Of a DNA stretch of 64,000 bases, positions 9,159 to 17,825 are shown one piece after another. The notes beneath the pieces were generated by a model. That model had not been told where the DNA came from, did not search any database, and saw only the letters and a list, made by a program, of their open reading frames with translations. Origin of the DNA: an uncultured Actinomycetes bacterium (lineage in GTDB: Bacteria > Actinomycetota > UBA4738 > HRBIN12); the NCBI GenBank assembly GCA_963731925.1, contig CAVSXK010000024.1, positions 64,147 to 128,146 of the forward strand. Reading direction: 5' to 3'. The position numbers were made by a program, and so were the translations under genes. The first letter of the stretch is position 1, and every line of letters begins with the position of its first letter.

Positions 9159-10427
9159 GAAGAACGTCGCGATGGCGTCGACGACCCGGTCGCCGTCGTC
9201 CAGGACCGGGAGTACGCGCCAACGATCGAGCGCCGAGCAGGGGTGCGAGATCCCGCACATGAGGAGGTCGCCGACCCCCAGGGAGACGCCGCTCCCGACG
9301 CGGCAGTACGCGTGTTGGTCGTCGAGCGAGGTGATCTCGATCCGTCCGTCGATGCGCTCCACCTCTCCCCCGGCTCGTCGAACGAGGGTCGGCGTCGGAT
9401 ACCCCCGGTCGAACGGCACGTCGCGTCGTCCGAGACCCACCAGCGCGAGCCCTCGTTCGGGGGTGGAGAGCACGGCCCCCCAGGCTTCGAGCGTGGGATG
9501 GAAGCGGCGCTCGAGAGGCTCGTTCGCGAACGGCGAGGAGCGGGCGTCCGGGCCCGAGTCGTGGATCAGGTAGGAGCCGCAACGCAGGAGCACGGTCGAC
9601 GGCCCGGACCCGCCGCCGGCCAGCCGGTCGACGACGAGGTCGAAGAACAGGCTCCCCCCGGCCGTCACGATCGGCTCGCGCGCGAACGCACCCTCCTCGA
9701 GCAAGCGCATCGCCAAGCCACCAAGGTCGTCGAGGAACGCCTCCACCTGACCGAGGCTCGCCGGAGATCGATCGTGCGCGATCGTCCCTTCGTAGCCGGC
9801 GACCCCGGCGAGATCGAGCAGCTTCGAGCGTTCGACGGCGCGGGCCACCTCGATCGCCTCCGGCAGGCTCCGGCATCCCGTTCGACCCGCCCGGTGACCC
9901 AGCTCGACGAGGACCGAGAGAGGCCGATCCTCGCGGGAGTCGCGGACCCCCTCTTCGAGGAGGGCGACCCCACGGGTCGAATCGACCAGGCACACGAGCT
10001 CGGTCGTCTCCTCCGCGATGTCGGCGGCGGCCCACCGGAGCGACCCCGGGTCGGTGAGCTCGTTCGCGAGCAGCACTCGTCGCACCCCGGCCGCGCGCAG
10101 CACCCGCGCCTGTGTGGCCCCCGCGGCGCTCATCCCCCAGCCGCCCGCGTCGAGCTGCTTCCACCAGAGCTGGGGAGCCATGGTCGTCTTGGCGTGCGGC
10201 GCGATCGACACCCCATGCTGCCCGCAGTACCCGGCCATCAACCGGACGTTGTGCTCGAGCGCCGTCCGACGCAGCACGAGGACCGGTGGGACGAGGTCCG
10301 CGAACGTCCACCCCTGGTCCCCCGCCTCGAGCAACGGGACGGGCTCCGCGATCGTGGGGAATCCCTTGGTCGTGGACCCGACCCGGACCTCGGCCAGCAG
10401 CGCCTCGGCCCCGGCCGCGCTGGTCAT
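9156..10427 (-). CDS. DSD1-family PLP-dependent enzyme (alanine-racemase-fold N-domain plus D-serine-dehydratase-like C-domain); candidate amino-sugar-acid dehydratase
   Basis: 423 aa from ATG 10427 (MTSAAGAEALLAEV...). PLP-lysine region HAKTTMAP typical of the fold-type III DSD1 / D-threo-3-hydroxyaspartate dehydratase family. Start overlaps the GH4 stop (ATGA). Confidence 0.8.
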   Translation of the reverse strand: MTSAAGAEALLAEVRVGSTTKGFPTIAEPVPLLEAGDQGWTFADLVPPVLVLRRTALEHNVRLMAGYCGQHGVSIAPHAKTTMAPQLWWKQLDAGGWGMSAAGATQARVLRAAGVRRVLLANELTDPGSLRWAAADIAEETTELVCLVDSTRGVALLEEGVRDSREDRPLSVLVELGHRAGRTGCRSLPEAIEVARAVERSKLLDLAGVAGYEGTIAHDRSPASLGQVEAFLDDLGGLAMRLLEEGAFAREPIVTAGGSLFFDLVVDRLAGGGSGPSTVLLRCGSYLIHDSGPDARSSPFANEPLERRFHPTLEAWGAVLSTPERGLALVGLGRRDVPFDRGYPTPTLVRRAGGEVERIDGRIEITSLDDQHAYCRVGSGVSLGVGDLLMCGISHPCSALDRWRVLPVLDDGDRVVDAIATFF

Positions 10428-11692
10428 GAACGGAAGCGCGGCAGATGATCGCGGTTCGCGTCGAGGATCGCGGTGAGCAGGCCCGAGGCGGTCGGGTAGT
10501 CGGGCACGAGCGGGTTCGACAGCAGCGCCCTCAGCGCCAGCACGCGGTCGCCGCTCGTCGCCGCGCGGATCGTGAGCCGCTCGTACGCCTTGGCGTGCTG
10601 CACCAGCCCGAGCATCTCCTCCGAAAGCGGCGCGACCGGCAGGGGGTGAGCGCCTTCGGCATCGATCGTCGCTGCGACCTCGACGACGTCGTCGAGGGGG
10701 AGGTTGGGGATCGCGCCGGCGTTCCGGACGTTGACCACCTGCACGTCGCCGGTCCCGGCCGCGAGCGACGCAACGAGCTCCGCGGCGGCCTCGCTGTAGT
10801 AGGCGCCGCCGCGTCGCTCGAGGAGCTCGGGCTTCTCGGTCAGGTTGGGGTCCCGGTACATCTCGAGCAGCCGCGCCTCGATCTCCATGACCTCTTCGGC
10901 CCGCGTCCTCCCACGGCGTTGCTCCTCGACGATCTCTCGCGTCAGGTAGTAGTAGCGGAGGTAGTACGACGGGACGGCCCCGAGAGCCCGGATCAGCTCG
11001 GATGGCATGTCCGTCTCGCGCGAAAGCTCTGGGAGGTCGGTCTCGAGCAGCGCGGGGAGTCGGTCGACTCCGTCGACCATCACCGCACGCACCCACGAGA
11101 GGTGGTTGAGCCCGACGTGCTCGAGCTGCACCCGCTGCGGCTGCACGTCGAACCGGGTCGCGAACCGGCGCTGGAGGTTGATCGCGACGTTGCACAGACC
11201 GAGCGCCCGATGGCCCTCGTCGATCAGGGCCTGGGTGACCATGCCCGTCGGGTTCGTGAAGTCGACGAACCATGCCCCGGGCGCGCCGCGGCGAGCCGTG
11301 AGCTCCGCGAGCTCGAGCACGACGGGGATCGTCCGAAGCGCTTTGGCGAACCCACCCGGGCCGGTCGTCTCCTGCCCCACGCACCCGAACCGGGGCGGGA
11401 TCGTCTCGTCGGACAGGCGCGCGGCCTGACCGCCGACCCGAAGCTGGACGATCACGAAGCCCGCGCCCTCGAGGGCTTCGTCGCGATCGGTGGTGAGGAT
11501 CAGGTGACCCCCGTACCCGGCACGGTCGAGCATCCGGCCCGCGAGCCCACCGACGACGTCGAGCCGATCCCTGTCCACGTCGAGCAGGGCCAGCTCGTCG
11601 ACGGGGAAGCGCTCGATGCGGCGGACGAAGCCCTCCACGAGCTCGGGGGTGTAGGTGCTCCCGGCCCCGACCACGGCTACCTTCACACCCAT
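10424..11692 (-). CDS. glycoside hydrolase family 4 (NAD+/Mn2+-dependent 6-phospho-glucosidase / alpha-glycosidase)
   Basis: 422 aa from ATG 11692: MGVKVAVVGAGSTYTPELV (Rossmann NAD site), GH4 signature region ...CNVAINLQRRF..., and a typical C-terminal domain. Confidence 0.85.
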   Translation of the reverse strand: MGVKVAVVGAGSTYTPELVEGFVRRIERFPVDELALLDVDRDRLDVVGGLAGRMLDRAGYGGHLILTTDRDEALEGAGFVIVQLRVGGQAARLSDETIPPRFGCVGQETTGPGGFAKALRTIPVVLELAELTARRGAPGAWFVDFTNPTGMVTQALIDEGHRALGLCNVAINLQRRFATRFDVQPQRVQLEHVGLNHLSWVRAVMVDGVDRLPALLETDLPELSRETDMPSELIRALGAVPSYYLRYYYLTREIVEEQRRGRTRAEEVMEIEARLLEMYRDPNLTEKPELLERRGGAYYSEAAAELVASLAAGTGDVQVVNVRNAGAIPNLPLDDVVEVAATIDAEGAHPLPVAPLSEEMLGLVQHAKAYERLTIRAATSGDRVLALRALLSNPLVPDYPTASGLLTAILDANRDHLPRFRS

Positions 11693-11717
11693 CGCCGGGC
11701 ATCGTACACTCACGCCG

Positions 11718-12791
11718 ATGAATTGGTTAGGAAAGTTTCCTGACCCATTCCTGGCCGAGATCGCCGGGCAGGCAGAGGCGATTCGCCGCGCCGCGGGCTC
11801 ACTCGAGGAGCAGGTCCCCACCCTCGACGCGCTGGGCGAAGCGGCGGGGCGAGGTGGCGGCGTCGTGTTCACCGGCATGGGCAGCTCGTACGACGCGTGC
11901 TACCCGGCGGTGAACGAGCTGGCCGCTCGAGGCGTGCCGGCGCTCCACGTCGACGCGGCCGAGCTCCTGCATTTCCGGACCAACGCGCTGTCGTCGGACA
12001 CCGTGCTCGTCGTGGTGAGCCAATCGGGCGAGAGCGCCGAGATCGTGCACCTCGCCGCATCGCTGAATGCCCGCCCGGACCCGCCGCTGATGACGTCGCT
12101 CACGAACGGGCTCGCGAACGAGCTCGCGGAGCGGGCCGACCTTCGACTCGACACCCGCGCGGGCCCGGAGACCGGCCCGTCGACCATGACGTTCGCGGCC
12201 TCGATGGCGCTCCTCGCGGCGGTGGCGCCGATCCTCGGCGGGGACACGACCGCCGATGCCACCGCGCGCGCTCGAACGGGGGCGGAGCGGGCGGCCGGCG
12301 CGGTCGAGGCGTTCATGGAGGTGGGCGACGCCACGGGCTCGTTGCTCGAGGACGTCGTCGACGGGCGCGAGATCCTGGCGGTGCTCGGCCGAGGCTCGGC
12401 GCGGGCGGCCGCCGAGATGGGGGCGCTGACGTTGAAAGAGAGCGGGGTGATGGCCGAGTCGTTCGCGACGGCGAGCTTCCGCCACGGACCGTTCGAGCTC
12501 GCGGGGCCGGACATGGCGGCGATCATCCTGTCGACCGAGGAGCAGACCCGAACGCTGGATCTCGGCCTCGCGGCGGATCTGGCGAGCACGGGCGCATCCG
12601 TCGCCGTGATCGCGCCCGGCGAGGAGGTTCCCGCCGGTTGTGCCCGGATCCACCTCCCCGGCCTCGACCGCCTGTTCTCTTCGACGGTCGGGGTCGTGCC
12701 GCTCCAGTTGCTCGCGTGGCGGCTCGCGCTGCGCCACGGCCGCGCCCCCGGCGTCTACACACGCGCGTCGAAGGTGACCACACGTGAGTGA
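11718..12791 (+). CDS. double SIS-domain sugar-phosphate isomerase/deaminase (GlmS-isomerase-domain-like; GlmD/NagB-II/AgaS/FrlB family)
   Basis: 357 aa starting MNWLGKFPDPFLAEIAGQ.... SIS motifs VFTGMGSSYDA and VVVSQSGESAE. C-terminal second SIS domain (RHGPFEL). The paralog at 15626 has the same N-terminal register. Confidence 0.85.
   Translation: MNWLGKFPDPFLAEIAGQAEAIRRAAGSLEEQVPTLDALGEAAGRGGGVVFTGMGSSYDACYPAVNELAARGVPALHVDAAELLHFRTNALSSDTVLVVVSQSGESAEIVHLAASLNARPDPPLMTSLTNGLANELAERADLRLDTRAGPETGPSTMTFAASMALLAAVAPILGGDTTADATARARTGAERAAGAVEAFMEVGDATGSLLEDVVDGREILAVLGRGSARAAAEMGALTLKESGVMAESFATASFRHGPFELAGPDMAAIILSTEEQTRTLDLGLAADLASTGASVAVIAPGEEVPAGCARIHLPGLDRLFSSTVGVVPLQLLAWRLALRHGRAPGVYTRASKVTTRE
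11726..11744. promoter_or_regulatory. second copy of the GGAAAGTTTCC operator-like palindrome (gttaGGAAAGTTTCCtgac)
   Basis: Reverse complement shares 15/15 nt with 7169-7183. Lies 34-52 nt upstream of the GH4 start on the opposite strand. Overlaps codons 3-9 of the SIS gene, which use unusually AT-rich codons (tta gga aag ttt cct). Confidence 0.55.
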
Positions 12792-13398
12792 ACGGCTACG
12801 GACGGCGCTCACGTTCGACGCGGAGCACCCGGACCGGCCGAACGCCTCCGCGGGAGCCGCCGAACGGATCCTGGACGTCCTCGAGGATGCGGGGGCCCGT
12901 GCGACGTTCTTCCTCCAGTCGCGGTGGGCGATGGCGAACCCCGAACTCGCTCGTCGGATCGCAGACGCCGGCCACCTGGTCGGCAACCACTCGACCTACC
13001 ATGCCCGCATGACGCTGTTCTCCGACGACGGCATCCGGGTCGACGTGCGACAGGCCGGCGACACCATCGCCGAGCTGGCGGGCGTCGACCCGCGCCCCTG
13101 GTTCCGGTGCCCGTTCGGAGACGGCCACGACGATCGCCGCGTGCTCGACGTCCTCGAGGAGCTCGGGTATCGGAACGTGCACTGGCACGTGGAGTCCGAG
13201 GACTGGGAACCGTGGAGGACGCCGGCGGAGATCGGCCGAGCGAGCGTGGAGGGCGCGATCGCGCACGGCGACGGTGCCGTCGTCCTGCTCCACACGTGGC
13301 CCCGAGCGACGGCTGCGGCCCTGCCGATCGCGCTCGAGGGGTTGGAGCGCGCGATGGCCTCGCTGGTCACGATCGACGAGCTCGAGGAGCTGCCGTGA
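12784..13398 (+). CDS. polysaccharide deacetylase (NodB homology domain, carbohydrate esterase family 4)
   Basis: CE4 motifs: TFDAEHPD, ATFFLQSRWA (resembles the TFFL... motif), LVGNHSTYHARM (His-His metal site), RCPFGDGHD. GTG start overlaps the SIS stop. Confidence 0.8.
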   Translation: MSERLRTALTFDAEHPDRPNASAGAAERILDVLEDAGARATFFLQSRWAMANPELARRIADAGHLVGNHSTYHARMTLFSDDGIRVDVRQAGDTIAELAGVDPRPWFRCPFGDGHDDRRVLDVLEELGYRNVHWHVESEDWEPWRTPAEIGRASVEGAIAHGDGAVVLLHTWPRATAAALPIALEGLERAMASLVTIDELEELP

Positions 13399-14414
13399 GC
13401 CGGCCCGCGGTGCTCGCGATCGACGGCGGAGGATCGAAGATCGACGCGGTCCTGATCGATCGGGACGGAGCGATCGCCGGGAGCGCTCGCGTGGAGCCTT
13501 CGGACACCGACGGCCAACGGGCGGGCGACCTCGCGGCGATCGGGCTGGCGGTCAAGGCGGCATGCCGTGACGCGCGGATCGACACCGACGAACTGCCCGT
13601 CGCGCGCCTCGGCGTGTTCTGTCTCGCCGGCGCGGATCTTCCCGCCGACGACCGAAGGATCCTCCGTTCGCTCGAGCCGCACCGGTGGACCACCGACACG
13701 ATCCTTCGCAACGACACGTTCGCGGTGCTCCGTGCCGGAACCAACCGGACCTGGGGGGTGGGGGTGGTCTGCGGGTTCGGGACCAACTGCTCGGCGGTGG
13801 CTCCCGACGGTCGGACGTATCGCTTCCCCGCCCTGGGATGGATCGCCGGCGACTGGGGTGGCGGTGCCGACATCGGAGAGGCCGCGATCTGGCACGCCGT
13901 GCGATCCGAGGACGGCCGAGGCGAGCGGACGTCCCTGGCGAGCGCCGTGCCCGCCCACTTCGATCTCCGCCGGCCGAGACAGGTCATGGAGGCGATGTAC
14001 TTCGGCCGTTTGAGCGTGAGCCGGATCGCCGAGCTCCCTCCGTTGGTGTTCGAGGCGGCGGCGGACGGCGACGCCGTCGCCCGATCGATCGTCGATCGCC
14101 AGGCGGACGAGGTCGTGTCGATGGCGACGGCCGCGATCCGACGCCTGCGGATGACGGAGCTCGACGTCCACGTGGTCCTGGGCGGCGGCATCTTCCGCAA
14201 CACGTTCGTACCGTTCCTCGAGCGGGTCGACGACGGGATCCATCGCTCGGCCCCGGCGGCCAGCGTGACCGTCCTCGGTGCACCACCGGTGGTGGGCGCG
14301 GCCCTGCTCGGACTCGACCGCCTGCGCGCGTCCCGCACCGCGAAGGACCGCCTGCGGACCACCTTGACCAAGGATCCGGTCGGCAACAGACTCGATGGCA
14401 AGCGGCGGAGGTAG
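13395..14414 (+). CDS. BadF/BadG/BcrA/BcrD-type ATPase, N-acetylglucosamine-kinase-like sugar kinase
   Basis: N-terminal AIDGGGSKIDAVL (actin-fold phosphate-1 loop). VVCGFGTNCSA. C-terminal VLGGGIF. GTGA overlap with the deacetylase stop. Confidence 0.8.
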   Translation: MSRPAVLAIDGGGSKIDAVLIDRDGAIAGSARVEPSDTDGQRAGDLAAIGLAVKAACRDARIDTDELPVARLGVFCLAGADLPADDRRILRSLEPHRWTTDTILRNDTFAVLRAGTNRTWGVGVVCGFGTNCSAVAPDGRTYRFPALGWIAGDWGGGADIGEAAIWHAVRSEDGRGERTSLASAVPAHFDLRRPRQVMEAMYFGRLSVSRIAELPPLVFEAAADGDAVARSIVDRQADEVVSMATAAIRRLRMTELDVHVVLGGGIFRNTFVPFLERVDDGIHRSAPAASVTVLGAPPVVGAALLGLDRLRASRTAKDRLRTTLTKDPVGNRLDGKRRR

Positions 14415-14416
14415 AG

Positions 14417-15607
14417 ATGGCGCGGATCGTCCTCGATGGTGTGACGAAGGTCTTCGGGACCGACGTGGTGGCGGTCGACGACGTGTCGCTCGAGATCGCC
14501 GACGGCGAGTTCATGGTCCTCGTCGGTCCATCGGGCTGCGGGAAGTCCACGATCCTTCGCATCCTCGCCGGACTCGAGGAGGTGACGGCCGGCGAGGTGT
14601 ACATCGGCGAGAGGCAGGTCACGGACCTCCCACCGAAGGCGCGGGACATCGCGATGGTGTTCCAGAACTACGCGCTCTACCCACACATGACCGTCGAGCA
14701 GAACCTCGGGTTCGGTCTCAAGCTCCGCAGGATGCCGAAGGACGAACGAGGCCACCGGGTGCACGACGTCGCGAAGATCCTCGGTCTCGACGGACTGATG
14801 GAGCGCAAGCCGGGTGAGCTGTCCGGCGGCCAGCGTCAGCGCGTGGCGATGGGTCGAGCGATGGTTCGAGAGCCGGTCGCGTTCCTGATGGACGAACCAC
14901 TGTCGAACCTCGACGCGAAGCTCAGGGTCCAGATGCGCGGGCAGTTCGCCAAGCTTCACGATCGCCTGCGCACGACGACGGTGTACGTGACGCACGATCA
15001 GGTCGAAGCGATGACGCTCGGACAGCGCGTGGCGGTCCTGCGCGACGGCATGCTGCAGCAGGTCGACACGCCGCAGCGTCTGTATCAGTACCCGGCGAAC
15101 CTGTTCGTCGCAGCCTTCATCGGATCGCCGCCGATGAACCTCGTGGGTGCCGAGGTTCGGGGAGGCGCGGTCCGCTTCGCGGGCTTCGAGATCCCTTTGC
15201 CGGCCGACCGGGCCCCGGACGGCCTCGAGGGTCGCGAGCTGATCCTCGGGATACGGCCATCGGATCTGGAGGACACGGCCGTGTGGACGGGACAGGACCT
15301 GCCCACGATCACCGTCCTCGCGGACGTCACCGAGGACCTCGGCTCCGAGGTGAACGTGCTGTTCACGGTGGACGCACCGCCCGTAGAGACCGACGAGACG
15401 CTCGCCGCGACCGAGCAGGACGAAGGCGAGATCCCTCTCCTCGCCGAGGAGCACCGCGCCGTCTTCTGCGCGCGGGTGGACCCCCGGACCTCGTGCGGGC
15501 CCGGGACGCCGATCCGCCTCTCGGTCGACCCACGCCGGTTCCACTTCTTCGATCCCGAGACGGGGCAGGCGCTCACGACCGAGCCCGCCGCGGTAGCCAG
15601 CGCCTGA
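14417..15607 (+). CDS. msiK: sugar ABC transporter ATP-binding protein (MalK/UgpC/MsiK family)
   Basis: Walker A GPSGCGKST, signature LSGGQRQRVA, Walker B FLMDEPLSNLD, H-loop VTHDQ. C-terminal TOBE/MalK regulatory domain. GGAGG SD 7 nt upstream of ATG. Confidence 0.9.
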   Translation: MARIVLDGVTKVFGTDVVAVDDVSLEIADGEFMVLVGPSGCGKSTILRILAGLEEVTAGEVYIGERQVTDLPPKARDIAMVFQNYALYPHMTVEQNLGFGLKLRRMPKDERGHRVHDVAKILGLDGLMERKPGELSGGQRQRVAMGRAMVREPVAFLMDEPLSNLDAKLRVQMRGQFAKLHDRLRTTTVYVTHDQVEAMTLGQRVAVLRDGMLQQVDTPQRLYQYPANLFVAAFIGSPPMNLVGAEVRGGAVRFAGFEIPLPADRAPDGLEGRELILGIRPSDLEDTAVWTGQDLPTITVLADVTEDLGSEVNVLFTVDAPPVETDETLAATEQDEGEIPLLAEEHRAVFCARVDPRTSCGPGTPIRLSVDPRRFHFFDPETGQALTTEPAAVASA

Positions 15608-15625
15608 GGCCGTAGACTCGGGCGC

Positions 15626-16700
15626 ATGAGATCGCTCGAAGGCTTCTCCGACCGCTTCCTCGGCGAGATCGCGGGCCAGCCCGACGCGATGCGACGAGCC
15701 GCGGCGGCCCTCGTCGACCAGCGCGAGGCGCTCGACCGGATCCGCGAAGCCAGCGCGGCCTCGCGCACCATCGTCTTCACCGGCATGGGGGGCTCGTACG
15801 ACGCCTGCTACCCGGCGGTGAACGACCTCGCGGCGCGGGGCGTCCCCGCATTGTTGGTAGATGCCGCGGAGGTCCTGCACTTCCGAAGGCCGATCCTGAA
15901 CGCGCAGACGCTCGCCGTCGTCGTCAGCCAGTCCGGCGAGAGCGCCGAGATCGTGCGCCTGGTGAACGAGCTCGCCAAGCAACGCACGCGGCCGTTCGTG
16001 GTCGCGATCACGAACGGCACCAACAACGACCTGAGCCGGCGGGCTGACATCGAGCTCGACACGTGGGCGGGACCGGAGTCCGGGCCCTCGTCGATGACCT
16101 TCGCGGCCTCGATGACCACGCTCTCCGGTCTGGCCCGGCTCCTCGCCGGCGACAGCGTCGACACCGCGGTCGATCGAACCCGGACGGCGGCGGAGGGAGC
16201 CGCGCGCTCGGCCGAACGGCTCCTCGACGACCCCGAGGCGTTCGCGACCGATCTCGAGGCGTGGCACGGGGGTCGGGACGTGATCGTGCTTGCTCGGTCG
16301 CGGGCCGGCGCGGGCGGCGACCGAGCTCGGAGCGCTCGTCCTGAAGGAATCCGGCGTGATGGCCGAGTCGCTGGAATCCGGTCTGTTCCGTCACGGCCCG
16401 TTCGAGCTCGCCGGCCCGAACATGAGCGCGATCGTCATGGCGACCGAGCCGGAGACCCGGCGGCTCGACCTCGGGCTCGCGGCCGACCTCGTCGACGCGG
16501 GGAGCGCCGTCATGGTGGTCACGCCCGACGGCGAGGCGCCGAAGGGAGCGCGGCCCGTCGCGACGGGCTATCTGGACCGAGCGCTGATGTCGGCGGTCGC
16601 GGTGATCCCCACGCAGCTCCTCGCCTGGCGGCTCGCGGGCGCGCGGGGACGCACGCCCGGCGCGTACACCAGAGCGTCGAAGGTCACGACCCGCGAATAG
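15626..16700 (+). CDS. double SIS-domain isomerase/deaminase paralog; frameshifted near 16293
   Basis: N-terminal ~220 aa in frame of 15626 (MRSLEGFSDRFLGEIAGQ..VFTGMGGSYDA..VVVSQSGESAE). C-terminal ~135 aa in frame of 16290 (LGRGPARAATELGALVLKESGVMAES...RASKVTTRE), co-linear with the 11718 paralog. A single indel lies at ...VIVL|ARS. Confidence 0.7.
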
Positions 16701-17825
16701 CTAGGCTCCCGCGTCCGCCGACGCCGCCTGGTCGACCGGGAGCCATGCGCTCACCGAGGTCCCGTGCCCGAGCTCGCTCTCGACCCGGCAACGACCTCCG
16801 GCGAGCTGTGCGCGCTCGATCATCGTCGGAAGGCCGATGTGTCCGGGCTCGGGCGAACCGATCACGCCGACGTCGAAACCGCGCCCGTCGTCGCTGACCG
16901 TCAACCGCACACCGCCGTCGACGTCGGCGATCGAGACGTCGATCCGCGTCGCGGACGCGTGCTTGCGCGCGTTCGCGATCGCCTCCTGCGCGATCCGGAA
17001 CAGCACCGCTCGCATCTCGGAGGACGGCTCGAACGACAGCAGGTCCTCGATCTCGGGTACCGGATCCGCCGTTCCCGCGTAGGCGCGGAGCGCGGGGACG
17101 AGACCCTCCCGTTCGAGCGCCGTTGGCCGGAGCTCGAACAGCAGGTGCCGCAGACGCTCGACCGATGCGCGGATCGACTCTCGGAGGTCGTCGGCTTCCT
17201 CGCGGAGCTCGGGATCCTCGATCCGGCGCGCGATCGCCTGCGCACGGATGTCGGCCGCACTCATGACCTGGATCGGGTCGTCGTGGATGTCGGAGGCGAT
17301 CCGCCGGCGCTCCTCCTCCTGCGCATCCTCGAGGCGGAGGACCAGCTCGCGGCGGTCCTCCATCGTTCGACGGAGCACGTCGAGGCTCCGTCGGAGACGG
17401 TCCTGGACGCGCTTGGTCGGCGTGATGTCCGTCATGATGCCGCGCCAGAAGAGGGGTTCGCCCTGCTCGTCGCGGACCAGGACGGCCTCGTCCCGGATCC
17501 ACACCTCTCGGCCGTCGGCCGCCTGCAGCCGGTACTCGGTCGTGAACGGGCCACCCGTGCGTCGGGACTCGCGGTGCTCGCGCAGGACGCGGTCACGGTC
17601 GTGCTCGTGGACGCGATCGGCCCACAGGTCCGGCTCGTCGCGCCACTGCTCGATCGTGAAGCCGAGCAGCGGCTCGACCTGCGGGCTGGTGTAGATGTTC
17701 GTCGAGCCCTCGTCGTTGGCGTCGACGTACAGCACGGCGGGGATGCCCTCCACCAGATGGCGGTAGGTCTCGTGCGCCTCGCGGAGATGGTCGGCGAACC
17801 CGGGCCGGACGCGGACCTCGCTCAC
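16701..17825 (-). CDS. PAS-domain sensor histidine kinase (HisKA_3 + HATPase_c), cytoplasmic
   Basis: PAS region (EWIRDEAVLVRDEQGEPLFWRGIMTDITP). HisKA_3 H-box (RRRIASDIHDDPIQ). ATPase G-box (DDGRGFD, GHIGL). No TM segments and no adjacent response regulator. Confidence 0.85.
   Translation of the reverse strand: MSEVRVRPGFADHLREAHETYRHLVEGIPAVLYVDANDEGSTNIYTSPQVEPLLGFTIEQWRDEPDLWADRVHEHDRDRVLREHRESRRTGGPFTTEYRLQAADGREVWIRDEAVLVRDEQGEPLFWRGIMTDITPTKRVQDRLRRSLDVLRRTMEDRRELVLRLEDAQEEERRRIASDIHDDPIQVMSAADIRAQAIARRIEDPELREEADDLRESIRASVERLRHLLFELRPTALEREGLVPALRAYAGTADPVPEIEDLLSFEPSSEMRAVLFRIAQEAIANARKHASATRIDVSIADVDGGVRLTVSDDGRGFDVGVIGSPEPGHIGLPTMIERAQLAGGRCRVESELGHGTSVSAWLPVDQAASADAGA

Noticed and set aside
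7974-10448. 824-aa plus-strand ORF
   Set aside because: It is the ridA frame reading through antisense of the DSD1-like gene because ridA lacks a stop. Only ~130 codons (8763-9158) are RidA-like.
9156-11702. 848-aa minus-strand ORF
   Set aside because: The C-terminal 423 aa are the DSD1-like enzyme. The N-terminal portion is R-rich nonsense overlapping the GH4 gene, which is in another frame.
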